From an uncultured Candidatus Binatia bacterium (GTDB lineage Bacteria; Desulfobacterota; Binatia; UBA9968; JAJDTQ01), in the NCBI GenBank assembly GCA_964291295.2, contig OZ219754.1, positions 928,001 to 992,000 on the forward strand: a stretch of DNA of 64,000 nt. The letters run 5' to 3'. Positions 8,628 to 17,770 of this stretch are shown here, one piece after another. The position numbers and the translations under genes were made by a program. The first letter of the stretch is position 1. Every line of letters starts with the position of its first letter. The notes under the pieces were generated by a model. That model saw only the letters and a list, made by a program, of their open reading frames with translations, made no database searches and was not told the DNA's origin.

Positions 8628-10251
8628 GGCCGCCGCGGGTCCGGAAAGGGAAGCGCCAGCGCCCTCGCCAGCGGATACCGACTTCGCGGCCCTCCCCGGG
8701 CGTTCGGTGACGCTGTCCATGGTGTGCGTGCTGCTTGCCATGTTTCTGGCAGCGCTGAGCCAGACCGTGGTGGCTACGCTGCTGCCCCTGATGGTGGCCG
8801 ACATGGGCGGGTTCGAGCGCTACGCCTGGGCCGTGACCGCCTACATCGTCGCCGCAACCGTCGTCTACCCCATCGCCGGTCGGCTGAGCGACATTCACGG
8901 ACGCAAGCGCTCCCTGATCGCCGGCCTGGCGGTCTTCATGGTCGGCTCCGCACTGGTGGGCCTCAGCGCTTCGATGACCCAGGTCATCGCGTTCCGGGCC
9001 ATCCAGGGGATTGGCGGCGGTATCGTCATGACCTGCTGCTACGTCGCCATCGCCGACCTGTTCCCTCCCGAAGACCGGGGCAAGTATCACGGTCTGATCG
9101 GCGCCGCCTATGGCGTCGCCTCCGTCGCCGGACCGATCCTGGGCGGGGTCGTTGTCGAGCGTCTTTCCTGGCAGTGGGCGTTCGTCCTGATCGCCTTGGC
9201 CGGCATCCCGATCCTGGCATTGACGGCGCGGATCTATCCCGCCCACCACCGCACTCAGGATAGTCCCCGACTCGACCTTGCCGGCATGGCGGCCCTGGTC
9301 CTCGCCGTCGTTCCCCTCCTTCTTGCCCTCTCTTCGGGAGGAGTCCAGTACGCTTGGGACACGCCGCTGATCGTCGGTCTGCTCGCCTTCGGGGTGGCCA
9401 TGAGCGGCGCCTTCGTGGTGATTGAAGCGCGCACGTCCGCGCCCATCATGCCGTTGGGAATCTATGCGAACCGGGTAGTGAGCCTGGCCGTGGTGGTGAC
9501 GCTGCTCACCAGCCTGGGACTCTACGGAGGCGTGCTGTTCCTGCCGTTGTTCTTCCAGGTGGTGCTGGGGGTGTCGGCGACCGCCAGCGGCACTCTCCTG
9601 GTTCCCATGCTGCTCGGCATGGTCGCCGGCGGTATCGTCTCGGGACAACTGCTGTCAAGAGCCGGCGGACACTACCGCATGCAGGTTCTGGCCAGCTCCG
9701 GACTCATGGCGGTGGGCATGTATCTGCTTTCCACCATGAACGAGGCGACCAGCCTGGTGGCGTCGGTATGCTACATCTCCATCGCCGGACTCGGCTTCGG
9801 TGGCACCGTGGCCACTCTCTCGGTCGCGGTGCAGAATTCCGTCCCATTCGCTCTAGTGGGCGCGGCCACCGCGGCCCTGCAGTTCTTCCGGTCGCTGGGC
9901 GGCATGCTGGGTCTCGCCGTACTGGGCGCGGTGATGGCGCGGAGCTTCTACCTGACGCTCGACTCGACCCTCCCCGACCCGGTCAGGGAGGCGCTCCCGC
10001 AGGGCGGACTGGAGGCCCTCCGAAACCGTCCGGCCGCGCTGGACGACCGATTCGCCACCGAGTCCCTGACGGCGTACTTCGCGGAAGCCGGACCGGACGG
10101 CCACGCCCTCGCGGCCCTGCTGCACGATGCTTCGGTCGCGGCGCTGTCGGGCGCGCTGAACGATGTGTTCTCCATCGTCGCCGCAGTGACAGTCCTGTCA
10201 TTCGTCGGCGCAATCCTCTTCCGCGTGCCCCCCCTGGGCCGGCTGCCGTAG
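8617..10251 (+). CDS. DHA2/EmrB-type 14-TM MFS transporter
   Basis: AMFLAALSQTVV, motif A GRLSDIHGRK, FRAIQGIGGG, GPILGG; overlaps the kinase stop. Confidence 0.9.
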   Translation: MTTEAAAGPEREAPAPSPADTDFAALPGRSVTLSMVCVLLAMFLAALSQTVVATLLPLMVADMGGFERYAWAVTAYIVAATVVYPIAGRLSDIHGRKRSLIAGLAVFMVGSALVGLSASMTQVIAFRAIQGIGGGIVMTCCYVAIADLFPPEDRGKYHGLIGAAYGVASVAGPILGGVVVERLSWQWAFVLIALAGIPILALTARIYPAHHRTQDSPRLDLAGMAALVLAVVPLLLALSSGGVQYAWDTPLIVGLLAFGVAMSGAFVVIEARTSAPIMPLGIYANRVVSLAVVVTLLTSLGLYGGVLFLPLFFQVVLGVSATASGTLLVPMLLGMVAGGIVSGQLLSRAGGHYRMQVLASSGLMAVGMYLLSTMNEATSLVASVCYISIAGLGFGGTVATLSVAVQNSVPFALVGAATAALQFFRSLGGMLGLAVLGAVMARSFYLTLDSTLPDPVREALPQGGLEALRNRPAALDDRFATESLTAYFAEAGPDGHALAALLHDASVAALSGALNDVFSIVAAVTVLSFVGAILFRVPPLGRLP

Positions 10252-10377
10252 CGGCGCCGGGATGCCCGTGGTTGGCGGCCCACGGCGGTGGAGGGCAGGC
10301 AACACGGTGACCTGCGGGAGCGGGTAACCGGAAACGGCATTTCAACCGTCGCTCGGGCGACAGAAGGAGGCATTGTC

Positions 10378-10962
10378 ATGGCAATCCGGCTTTTCAACTC
10401 CAGGACCTCGATGTTCTGCGAGAAGATCCGCGTGGTCCTGAGCATGAAGAACGTTCCCTACGACGTGGTGGACGTCCGGGCCGACGAGCGCAAGTCGTTG
10501 ATCGCCTTCTCCAACCAGCGGAAGGTCCCCACCATGGACTTCGACGGCCAGTGCATCCAGGACTCCACCCTGCTGGCCAGGTATCTGGAGGAGAAGCACC
10601 CCGAGCCCACCATCTATCCGGACAACCCCTCGGACAAGGGGTTGTGCCTGATGCTCGAGGACTGGGCCGACGAGGATCTCAACGGCGCGGTCATGCGTTT
10701 CCGCAGGGCAAAGGACGAAGAGGAGGTCAGGCAGGCCGAGAAGGCGCTGGCGGTCCATCTGGAGAATCTCGATCTGCTCTATTCCGGGCGGGACTACCTG
10801 TTCGGCCGCATGACCTTGGCCGATATCTCCATCTACGTGCAACTCCACTACCTCTACACCTCCCTGGACCGCGAGATCGACTCCCGCTACACCCATGTGC
10901 ACGCCTTCCTGGAGCGCATGATGAAGGCCACGGGGGTGTCGTCCATCAAGGAGGTGGCGTAG
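10378..10962 (+). CDS. Glutathione S-transferase family protein
   Basis: SMFCEKIR, cis-Pro loop KVPT, DSTLLARYLE, YLFGRMTLADI; SD GGAGG. Confidence 0.85.
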   Translation: MAIRLFNSRTSMFCEKIRVVLSMKNVPYDVVDVRADERKSLIAFSNQRKVPTMDFDGQCIQDSTLLARYLEEKHPEPTIYPDNPSDKGLCLMLEDWADEDLNGAVMRFRRAKDEEEVRQAEKALAVHLENLDLLYSGRDYLFGRMTLADISIYVQLHYLYTSLDREIDSRYTHVHAFLERMMKATGVSSIKEVA

Positions 10963-10964
10963 GC

Positions 10965-11384
10965 TCAGATCCGGCCCCAGCGGATGCACCGCAGCACCCG
11001 GATGCGGATGACGGGCCGTTCATCCAGGGCCATGGAGCGGTACTGCGGATATTTTCGGCGCAGCAGCCGCACCGCCTTCCGGTGGGTCTCGCCGCGCGTC
11101 AGGATCGTTGCCCTGCCCTGGATGATGATGTGGGCCAGCCGGGACCAGTCCTCGTCGTCGTAACGGTGCACCACCACCGATACCCGGGGGTTGACGCGGA
11201 TATTGCGCACCCGCTTCAGTTCCCGCACCGCCGCGGCCTTGGGCTTCTCGTCGATGGGAGAGTAGAGGCACGTGCCGTCGAAGGCGAAGCAGAAGGGCAC
11301 GCCGAGGGGCTGGCCCTGCCCGTCGGCCGTGGCCAGATGACCTGTCCGGGCCTGACGGATGAACGCCGCCTCCCCGCGGGTCAT
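10965..11384 (-). CDS. PPOX-class (pyridoxamine oxidase-like, F420/FMN-binding) protein, Rv0121-like
   Basis: GHLATADG.G.P..VPFCFA, YSPIDEKPK, LKRVRNIRVNPRVS, YDDEDWSRL, KYPQY. Confidence 0.85.
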   Translation of the reverse strand: MTRGEAAFIRQARTGHLATADGQGQPLGVPFCFAFDGTCLYSPIDEKPKAAAVRELKRVRNIRVNPRVSVVVHRYDDEDWSRLAHIIIQGRATILTRGETHRKAVRLLRRKYPQYRSMALDERPVIRIRVLRCIRWGRI

Positions 11385-11514
11385 TCCCTTACCCCGCCGC
11401 GGTTGCCGCGAAGGCGGCCATCGGTGAAGGGGGCGGCGCGGCGGAATCCGCGGATCCTGGCCGCACTCGCATCGCCGCCTTCGCGGCAACCACGGCTCTG
11501 CCGGTGCCGGCCCA

Positions 11515-12510
11515 CTACAGCTTGTAATCCCCCAGCAGCGTCGGTGCGAACAACTCTTCCACCGCCGGGGCCTTGTCGCCCAGCAGGCCCTGCTCGCCCA
11601 TGTAGCGGATCAGCGCCTCGATGACATGGCGGTTGGGCTCGATGCCGTAGGGCCACCAGTCGTTGCCGAAGACGTCCCGCAGCAACGCGATCTCGGCCTG
11701 GAGCCAAGGCAGCGTGCAGGCCATGGTGTTGTCGATGTGCATGCGCGCGAAGGCGTCGTCCTTGGCGCGGCAGAAGGCCGCGTAGAGGCTCCGGGCCACC
11801 CAGGGATTGGCCTCGAACACGTCCTTGCGGATGCAGACGGTGTGCATGATGGGGAAGATCTTCGTGCGCCGGTAGTAGTCGATCTCCACGGACTTGAAGT
11901 CGGGGAACAGGCGGCGGATGTGCGGTGCTCCGGCGGCGTGGCACGACGGGATGCGGGCGGTGACAAGGGCGTCGATCTCGCCCTTGTCCAGCATGTCGTT
12001 CAGGGTGCGGTCGTTGGGTATGGGCCGGACCTTGATCTCCGGCGGCAGCCGCAACTCGATGCGCTCCTTTCGCCCCGGGACTTCCTGGCCGCCGGTGAAC
12101 CACTCGAGGTCGCTCGCCTTGATGCCGTGGTCGTCGCTCAGGAAGCCGCGGATCCACACCGCCGCGGTGATGGAGTATTCCGGCACGCCGACGCGCCTGC
12201 CGCGCAGATCCTCGGGCTTGTCCAGCCCCCGGTCGGTGTTGATGAACACGCAGGAATGGCGGAAATAGCGGGACGGGAACACCGGGATGGCCGTGAACGG
12301 GCTTTCGCCCCGGGAGGTCATGGTGATGTAGTTGGCCAGCGACATCTCCGAGGCGTGGAACTCCTGGTGGTGGCCCATGCGCCAGAAAATCTCCTCCGCC
12401 TGCATCGGGAGATAGTTGAGGGCGATCCCGTCGGGTTCGAGGGAGCCGTCCTGCAGCGTCTTGGTGCGGTCGTAGTCGCCGCACGCCAGTGTCAGAGGCA
12501 GTTTCGCCAT
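11515..12510 (-). CDS. 4,5-dihydroxyphthalate decarboxylase-like protein (periplasmic-binding-protein fold)
   Basis: LTLACGDYDRT, SEMSL, IPVFPSRYFRHS, VGVPEYSITAAVWIRG, IFPIMH, WPYGIEPN. Confidence 0.85.
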   Translation of the reverse strand: MAKLPLTLACGDYDRTKTLQDGSLEPDGIALNYLPMQAEEIFWRMGHHQEFHASEMSLANYITMTSRGESPFTAIPVFPSRYFRHSCVFINTDRGLDKPEDLRGRRVGVPEYSITAAVWIRGFLSDDHGIKASDLEWFTGGQEVPGRKERIELRLPPEIKVRPIPNDRTLNDMLDKGEIDALVTARIPSCHAAGAPHIRRLFPDFKSVEIDYYRRTKIFPIMHTVCIRKDVFEANPWVARSLYAAFCRAKDDAFARMHIDNTMACTLPWLQAEIALLRDVFGNDWWPYGIEPNRHVIEALIRYMGEQGLLGDKAPAVEELFAPTLLGDYKL

Positions 12511-12609
12511 GGCAGTGTTCCTTGTACGCTCGTCCGCCGGAGCCGGCGGCACCCGGGCGAAGGCTTCTTCGCTTTCCGCCTGTAACTTCCTGTTCATGTA
12601 ACTTCCCGC

Positions 12610-13911
12610 CTATGTCTCCACCTTGTGGATCACCAGGCCGGTGACGAGCTTGGGAAAGAAGTAGGTGGACTTCTGGGGCATCTTGTCGCCCTTGAGGGAG
12701 ACGCCGATCATGTCGCCGGCGCTGGGAGGGTTGAGAAGGAATGCGGCCTCGCAGCCGCCGCGCTCCACTTGGGCCAGCGCCTCCTCCGCGTCGTGGGTAT
12801 ACGCCACCGCCTCCGTGTTCACCGCGTCGCGCGTGGAAACGCCCAGAATGTGCTCCAGCAGCAGCACATGCAGCGTGGTGACGTCCAGGCTGCGCAGTTC
12901 GGGGCTCATGTCGGGCGCCAACCGCCGCATCGTCTCCCCGTCCCTGAGCCGCAGCACAAGATGACGCGGGTGGTCCCGGAAGGAGGCGCCCAGGAGCCGC
13001 TGGCCGCCTTCGGGGTGTTCCAGGGTGTCCAGGAACCGCCGCCGCCCCGCGCCGTCCCGGGAGAATGCCTCCAGGTGGAAATGCGGCTGCAGCCTTGCTT
13101 CCAGATCCCGGAGCGGTGCGCCCGGCAGTTCCCGCACCAGCCGGTGCGTGGGCAATATCACCACGCCCTCTTCCTCCAGGTTGGCGAAGTACATCATCAC
13201 CCGGTGGTATCCTTCATTGCCGGCGGCGTCCGGCCGCTCCGCCATGCGCCGGCTGCGGTAGCGGGAGGCGGCCTCGTAACGATGGTGTCCGTCGGCGATG
13301 AAGACCTCCTTCCGGCTCAATGCGTCCCGCATCAGGGCGATGAGGCCCGGGTCGGTCACCGCCCAGAGCCGGGAGGTGCCGAACTCTCCCAGTTCCGCCT
13401 CCACCTTGGGCCGGCGCGAGCGCACGTGCTCGTGCAGGGCTTGGGTCAGGGTGGGCCGGGGGTCGGTGTACAGGCCCAGGATGGCGCTGAACTGCGCGTC
13501 GCAGGCGAGCATCAGCCTGAGGCGGTCCTCCCGGGGTTCGGCAAGGGTGTTCTCGTGGCCGTGGATGCCGCCGCCGAAGTCTTCGATGGCGGCCAGCGCG
13601 ATGAAGCCGCGCCGTTCCCGCCGGACCCCGCCGCGCAGGCGGTATTCCTGGCTCAGGTAGTAGATGGCCGGCTCGTCTTCCGCCACCAGGGTGCCCTCCG
13701 CCTGCCATTCCCGGAACCGCTCGGGCACGGTCTCGTAAGGGTCGGCGTCGCGGCAGAAGTCGATGCGCACGACGTTGCGCGGCGAGCGGTCGTACAACTC
13801 CGCCTGCAGTTCGGGAGAGATGACATCGTAGGGCGGCGCCACCACGCTGGAAAAATCGTCGATCTTCCCGGGGTGGTAGGTCAGCCCCCGGAAGGGAAAG
13901 ATCTTGGCCAT
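12610..13911 (-). CDS. DUF1015 family protein
   Basis: [41 protein letters not shown]. Confidence 0.9.
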   Translation of the reverse strand: MAKIFPFRGLTYHPGKIDDFSSVVAPPYDVISPELQAELYDRSPRNVVRIDFCRDADPYETVPERFREWQAEGTLVAEDEPAIYYLSQEYRLRGGVRRERRGFIALAAIEDFGGGIHGHENTLAEPREDRLRLMLACDAQFSAILGLYTDPRPTLTQALHEHVRSRRPKVEAELGEFGTSRLWAVTDPGLIALMRDALSRKEVFIADGHHRYEAASRYRSRRMAERPDAAGNEGYHRVMMYFANLEEEGVVILPTHRLVRELPGAPLRDLEARLQPHFHLEAFSRDGAGRRRFLDTLEHPEGGQRLLGASFRDHPRHLVLRLRDGETMRRLAPDMSPELRSLDVTTLHVLLLEHILGVSTRDAVNTEAVAYTHDAEEALAQVERGGCEAAFLLNPPSAGDMIGVSLKGDKMPQKSTYFFPKLVTGLVIHKVET

Positions 13912-13922
13912 GGTCTTCGGCC

Positions 13923-14435
13923 CTACCCCTTCAGCTTTTCCTGCAGGTTCCGGTCCTTGGCCTCGACCCCGGCGGCCAGCTCTTCCTTGAAGCGGACGAG
14001 CCGGGCGGCCAGTTCCGGATCCTTCCGGGCGATGATCTGGGCCGCGAAGATGCCGGCGTTGGCGGCACCGCCCTTGCCGATGGCCATGGTGGCCACGGGC
14101 ACCCCGGCCGGCATCTGCACCGTCGCCAGCAGTGCGTCCATGCCGTCCAGCGCCGACGCGCTCAGCGGCACGCCGATGACCGGCAGGGTGGTGGCCGCCG
14201 CCGCCACCCCGGCCAGGTGGGCGGCCGCGCCGGCGCCGACGATGAAGGCCTCGATGCCCCGGTCCGCCGCCCCGCTGGCGTAGGCGTGGGTCCGCGCCGG
14301 CGAGCGGTGCGCCGACGATATGTGCATCTCGTAGGGGATGCCGAAGGATTCAAGCCGCGCCGCGGCCTCCTTCATGACCTCCACATCGGAATCGCTTCCC
14401 ATCAGAATCGCCACTTTCGGAGTCTGCTCCGCCAC
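13923..14435 (-). CDS. purE: N5-CAIR mutase PurE
   Basis: [33 protein letters not shown]. Confidence 0.97.
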   Translation of the reverse strand: MAEQTPKVAILMGSDSDVEVMKEAAARLESFGIPYEMHISSAHRSPARTHAYASGAADRGIEAFIVGAGAAAHLAGVAAAATTLPVIGVPLSASALDGMDALLATVQMPAGVPVATMAIGKGGAANAGIFAAQIIARKDPELAARLVRFKEELAAGVEAKDRNLQEKLKG

Positions 14436-14495
14436 GTGTGTTTCCTCCTTCGTGTCTGTGCCCGAATCGGTTCGCCCCGCCGGCGTGCGCCCGCC

Positions 14496-15794
14496 TCAAC
14501 CTCGATCCAGCGCGCGCCGGGCAATGTCCCGGCGGCAGTGCATGCCGTCCCAGTTGACCCTGTCCACCCCGCCGTAGGCCTCGCGGGCGGCCGCAGCCAA
14601 GGTGTCGCCAAGTGCGGTCACGCCCAGAACCCGCCCGCCGTTCGTGAGCCAGCGCTCTCCGTCGCGTTTTGTCCCGGCATGGAACGCGTGTCCTTTGTGC
14701 CACGACGCCAGCCCGCCGGACCCGTCGAGCCCGTCTATTTCCATACCGGTTCCGTACTCGCCGGGGTAGCCCCCGGCGGCCAGCACCACGCACACCGCCG
14801 CCTGGTCCGACCACCGGGCGGTCACCTCCCGGAGCCTGCCCTCGGCGGTGGCCAGGAGAAGCGACGGGAGGTCGCTCTGGAGCCGCATCATGATGGGCTG
14901 GCATTCGGGGTCGCCGAAGCGGGCGTTGAACTCCAGTACTTGGGGGCCGTCGCCGGTGATCATGAGCCCGGCGTAGAGCACGCCGCGGTACACCAGGCCG
15001 CGGCGCTCGAGCCCCGCCGCCAGCGGTTTCAGCACCCGCTCCACCACCGCCTCGTGCACGGCCGCGTCCACCACCGGCGCCGGTGAGCAGGCGCCCATGC
15101 CGCCGGTGTTGGGCCCCTCGTCGTTGTCGAAGACGCGCTTGTGGTCCTGGGCCGACGCCAGCGGAAGAAAGTCGCGGCCGTCCATCAGGGCCATGAACGA
15201 GGCTTCCTCACCCACCATCTGTTCCTCGATGACCACCCGGTCGCCGGCTGCGCCGAAGACCTTGCGGCCCATGATGCCGTCGAGGGCGGCTTCGGCTTCC
15301 GCGCGGCCGGAGCACAGGATGACGCCCTTGCCGGCCGCCAGCCCGTCCGCCTTCACCACGCACGGCCGGTCCCGCGCCACGTAACGGCGCGCCTCGCCCA
15401 GGTCCGAGAAGACCTCGCAGGCCGCGGTGGGGATGCCGTTCTCCAGCATCAACTCCTTGGCAAAGGCCTTGCTGCCCTCCAGCCGCGCCGCGTCCCGGCC
15501 AGGCCCGAACACCCTGAGGCCCCTGGCCGCGAACATGTCGCCGATGCCCAGCACCAGCGGCTGCTCCGGTCCCACGACGGTGAGGTCGATGGCTTCGCGG
15601 GCGGCGAACTCCGCCAGCTTGTGGATCTCGCCGGCGCCGATGTCCACCCGTTCGGCCAGCCGGCCCATGCCGTCGTTGCCGGGCGCACAGTAGAGCCGGT
15701 CCACGTGCGGGCTTTGACGCAGCTTCCAGACCAGGGCGTGTTCCCGCCCGCCGCTGCCGACCACCAGAATCTTCATGGTCCGGGCGGGCTGCAT
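14496..15794 (-). CDS. purD: Phosphoribosylamine-glycine ligase PurD
   Basis: GSGGREHAL, VVGPEQPL, LEGSKAFAK, KADGLAAGKGV, QDHKR, GPNTGGMG, EFNARFGDPE; start may be 15776. Confidence 0.97.
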   Translation of the reverse strand: MQPARTMKILVVGSGGREHALVWKLRQSPHVDRLYCAPGNDGMGRLAERVDIGAGEIHKLAEFAAREAIDLTVVGPEQPLVLGIGDMFAARGLRVFGPGRDAARLEGSKAFAKELMLENGIPTAACEVFSDLGEARRYVARDRPCVVKADGLAAGKGVILCSGRAEAEAALDGIMGRKVFGAAGDRVVIEEQMVGEEASFMALMDGRDFLPLASAQDHKRVFDNDEGPNTGGMGACSPAPVVDAAVHEAVVERVLKPLAAGLERRGLVYRGVLYAGLMITGDGPQVLEFNARFGDPECQPIMMRLQSDLPSLLLATAEGRLREVTARWSDQAAVCVVLAAGGYPGEYGTGMEIDGLDGSGGLASWHKGHAFHAGTKRDGERWLTNGGRVLGVTALGDTLAAAAREAYGGVDRVNWDGMHCRRDIARRALDRG

Positions 15795-15802
15795 GCCGCA
15801 CT

Positions 15803-15826
15803 GTCATTCCCGCGCGAGCGGGAAAC
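15803..15826. repeat. Single REP/dRS3-like palindrome GTCATTCCCGCGCGAGCGGGAAAC
   Basis: TTCCCGC...GCGGGAA stem with a GTCA lead-in, typical of dispersed extragenic palindromes; only one clear copy seen. Confidence 0.5.
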
Positions 15827-16064
15827 CGGGGGAGGCGGTGCCGGGGAAGTGGTTGCCGCCGCCGTCGGTCCGGTGCCTGCGGCGCAGGACGTTTCGGCGG
15901 CTGACAGGCGGGAGAGCATGTCCGGATTTTCGTCCATTGCGTCCAAAATGCCGGAAACGTGCAGCCTGGTCCCGTTATCGGACACGAAAAGGGCACCCGG
16001 TGGAACTCTGGTGGATCTCTGTCCCACGAAACTGTCCCACGAAAACTCTCTGCGGCGCAGGCTC

Positions 16065-16460
16065 CTGGTGGTACGTCTCATGAATGGCCTTGCATTTCGA
16101 GATTTTGAGGAAGATGGATTGACGGAAGTGGTCCGGACGAAAGGCTTGGGATTGGCATTGTGGCAAGCCAAGTAGTGCTTGATGGCCACAATCAGTTCCG
16201 GGACGCTGCGAAAGACACTGCGGCGCAGACGTTGGTGAGTCAGCTTTGCGAACCCACTTTCGACGAGATTGAGCCAGGAGGTACGGGTGGGCGTGAAATG
16301 GAGTCGGAATCGCGGGTGAGCAGCCAGCCAAAGGCGCAGCGCTTCATGCTTGTGAGTTCCATGGTTGTCCAGGATGATGTGCAGGGTCCGGTCGCGCGGG
16401 AAGGCACGGTGGAGGCGCCGCAGGAACTTCAGGAACTCCGGATGCCGATACGGACCGATG
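16065..16460 (-). pseudogene. IS630-family transposase C-terminal remnant
   Basis: HPEFLKFLRRL...LHIILDNHGTHKH...RFRLHFTPTRTSWLNLVE...FRSVPEL...HNANPKPF; no N-terminus; 1-bp deletion near 16118 relative to the other copy. Confidence 0.9.
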
Positions 16461-16526
16461 AAGGCGCTGCGTCCAGGTACGACCGACCCCGACCGTGCCG
16501 GGGCCTGCCCGCTGGCGGCTACGGTC

Positions 16527-16874
16527 TCAGCGCCCGGGCGTGGCGGCCAGCACCTCGTCGAGGCTCGTTGCCACCAGCACGGCCTCCGCCCAAGCCTCCA
16601 GTTCGGAGGCCGACGCACGGCGAACCCGCTCGCCGACCGCATCCGGCACATCACCGAAGCGCAACGCCAGTTGACGAAGAAGAAGTTCCGCCAAGGCCTG
16701 TATCCGGCCTCGTTCGATTCCCTTCTCCATTCCCTCGGCCCTTCCTTCAGCCCTTCCCTCGGCTCTTCCCTCAGCTCTTCCCTCAGCTCTTCCCTTTTCG
16801 ATTCCCTTTTCGATTCCCTTTTCGATTCCCTGTTCGATTCCCTGTTCGATCCAGGCTTGCGCGACTGTGCCCAT
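16527..16874 (-). CDS. Putative internally initiated Rpn-S antitoxin (115 aa)
   Basis: In-frame ATG (MGTVAQAWIEQG) preceded by GGGAGG 5 nt upstream, at the position where Rpn-family short products start. Confidence 0.6.
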   Translation of the reverse strand: MGTVAQAWIEQGIEQGIEKGIEKGIEKGRAEGRAEGRAEGRAEGRAEGMEKGIERGRIQALAELLLRQLALRFGDVPDAVGERVRRASASELEAWAEAVLVATSLDEVLAATPGR

Positions 16875-17600
16875 CAGCGCCTCCCAACGGTCCGGCTTTG
16901 TCCGGCGCAGCGACGCCTCCAGCAAGGGCGGCGTCAGGTTCATGCACTCGGCCATGTAACGCACAATATGACGCTCGAACGCGCTCCCTGCAACCGGCCC
17001 GCCCGTCATCTGGTCCAGAAGATCCGTCGGTATGTCCTCGGCATATACCACCTTGAGTGCCAGAAGCCCGGCCCGCACTTCGGGCGAGACCGACAACCGC
17101 CTTGGCGCAATCTCGCCAAGGTCATGCAGCACATAGGCGAACTCCCTGACGAAAGGCTCCAACTCCCCGGGCGCGTCGATCATCCCCGGCACCGAGGGCG
17201 CCGCGGTCCAGCGGCCCCGACCGTGGTAGAAAACCAGCGGAATGATCGCTGGCAGCCGGTCCCCCGCGGCGCCATTCTCGACCTCGCGGCGCCAGATGTT
17301 GACCATGTATTTCAGGAGTTGGAGCGGCGTGTCCGCGTCGACGCGGCTCTTGTGTTCGAGCAGTACATAGAGCCGCGCATCGTGGCCGCTCCTCAGTCTC
17401 ACCCGGAACAGCGCATCGCATTGGGTCCGCGCGGCGTCCTCGTCGACGAAGTGGCCCTCCACCGCCTCGGGCGGAGCCTCGGGGTCGAGGAGAGCGGCGA
17501 CTTCTTGCGGCAGGTATTGCGCCAGCAGCGCGGCGGCGCGGGCCGGCTCGGAGACCAGTGCCCGGAACAGCGCATCGTGGGGCGTCGTCGGAAGGCTCAC
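16527..17600 (-). CDS. Rpn/YhgA-like PD-(D/E)xK nuclease with a DUF4351-like C-terminus
   Basis: HDALF, CDALF...YVLLEHKS, LPAIIPLVFYHG, (EQGI/EKGI/AEGR)n linker, LLRQLALRFGDVP. Confidence 0.92.
   Translation of the reverse strand: MSLPTTPHDALFRALVSEPARAAALLAQYLPQEVAALLDPEAPPEAVEGHFVDEDAARTQCDALFRVRLRSGHDARLYVLLEHKSRVDADTPLQLLKYMVNIWRREVENGAAGDRLPAIIPLVFYHGRGRWTAAPSVPGMIDAPGELEPFVREFAYVLHDLGEIAPRRLSVSPEVRAGLLALKVVYAEDIPTDLLDQMTGGPVAGSAFERHIVRYMAECMNLTPPLLEASLRRTKPDRWEALMGTVAQAWIEQGIEQGIEKGIEKGIEKGRAEGRAEGRAEGRAEGRAEGMEKGIERGRIQALAELLLRQLALRFGDVPDAVGERVRRASASELEAWAEAVLVATSLDEVLAATPGR
16720..16852 (-). repeat. In-frame 12-bp repeats encoding EQGI/EKGI/AEGR
   Basis: About 11 units read directly from the sequence. 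Confidence 0.9.
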
Positions 17601-17616
17601 CGGGCAGGTTCCCCGG

Positions 17617-17770
17617 CGTCTTTCGCAGCGTCCCGGAACGGATTGCCGCCATCAAGCACTACTTGGCTTGCCACAATGCCAACCCCAGACCTTTCGTCCG
17701 GAACACCCCCGTCAATGCCATCCTCCTCAAAATCTCAAAATGCAACGCCATTCATGAGACGTACCACTAG
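17617..17770 (+). pseudogene. Second IS630 transposase 3' remnant (inverted copy)
   Basis: VFRSVPERIAAIKHYLACHNANPRPF...HETYH*, ending in CTAG. Confidence 0.88.

Larger units (their letters stand above)
16065..17770. mobile_element. Non-autonomous composite element: rpn gene bounded by two inverted IS630 3' ends
   Basis: 16065-16217 and 17617-17770 are about 153-bp imperfect inverted repeats; the right end stops at a CTAG overlapping the purH stop codon. Confidence 0.72.
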
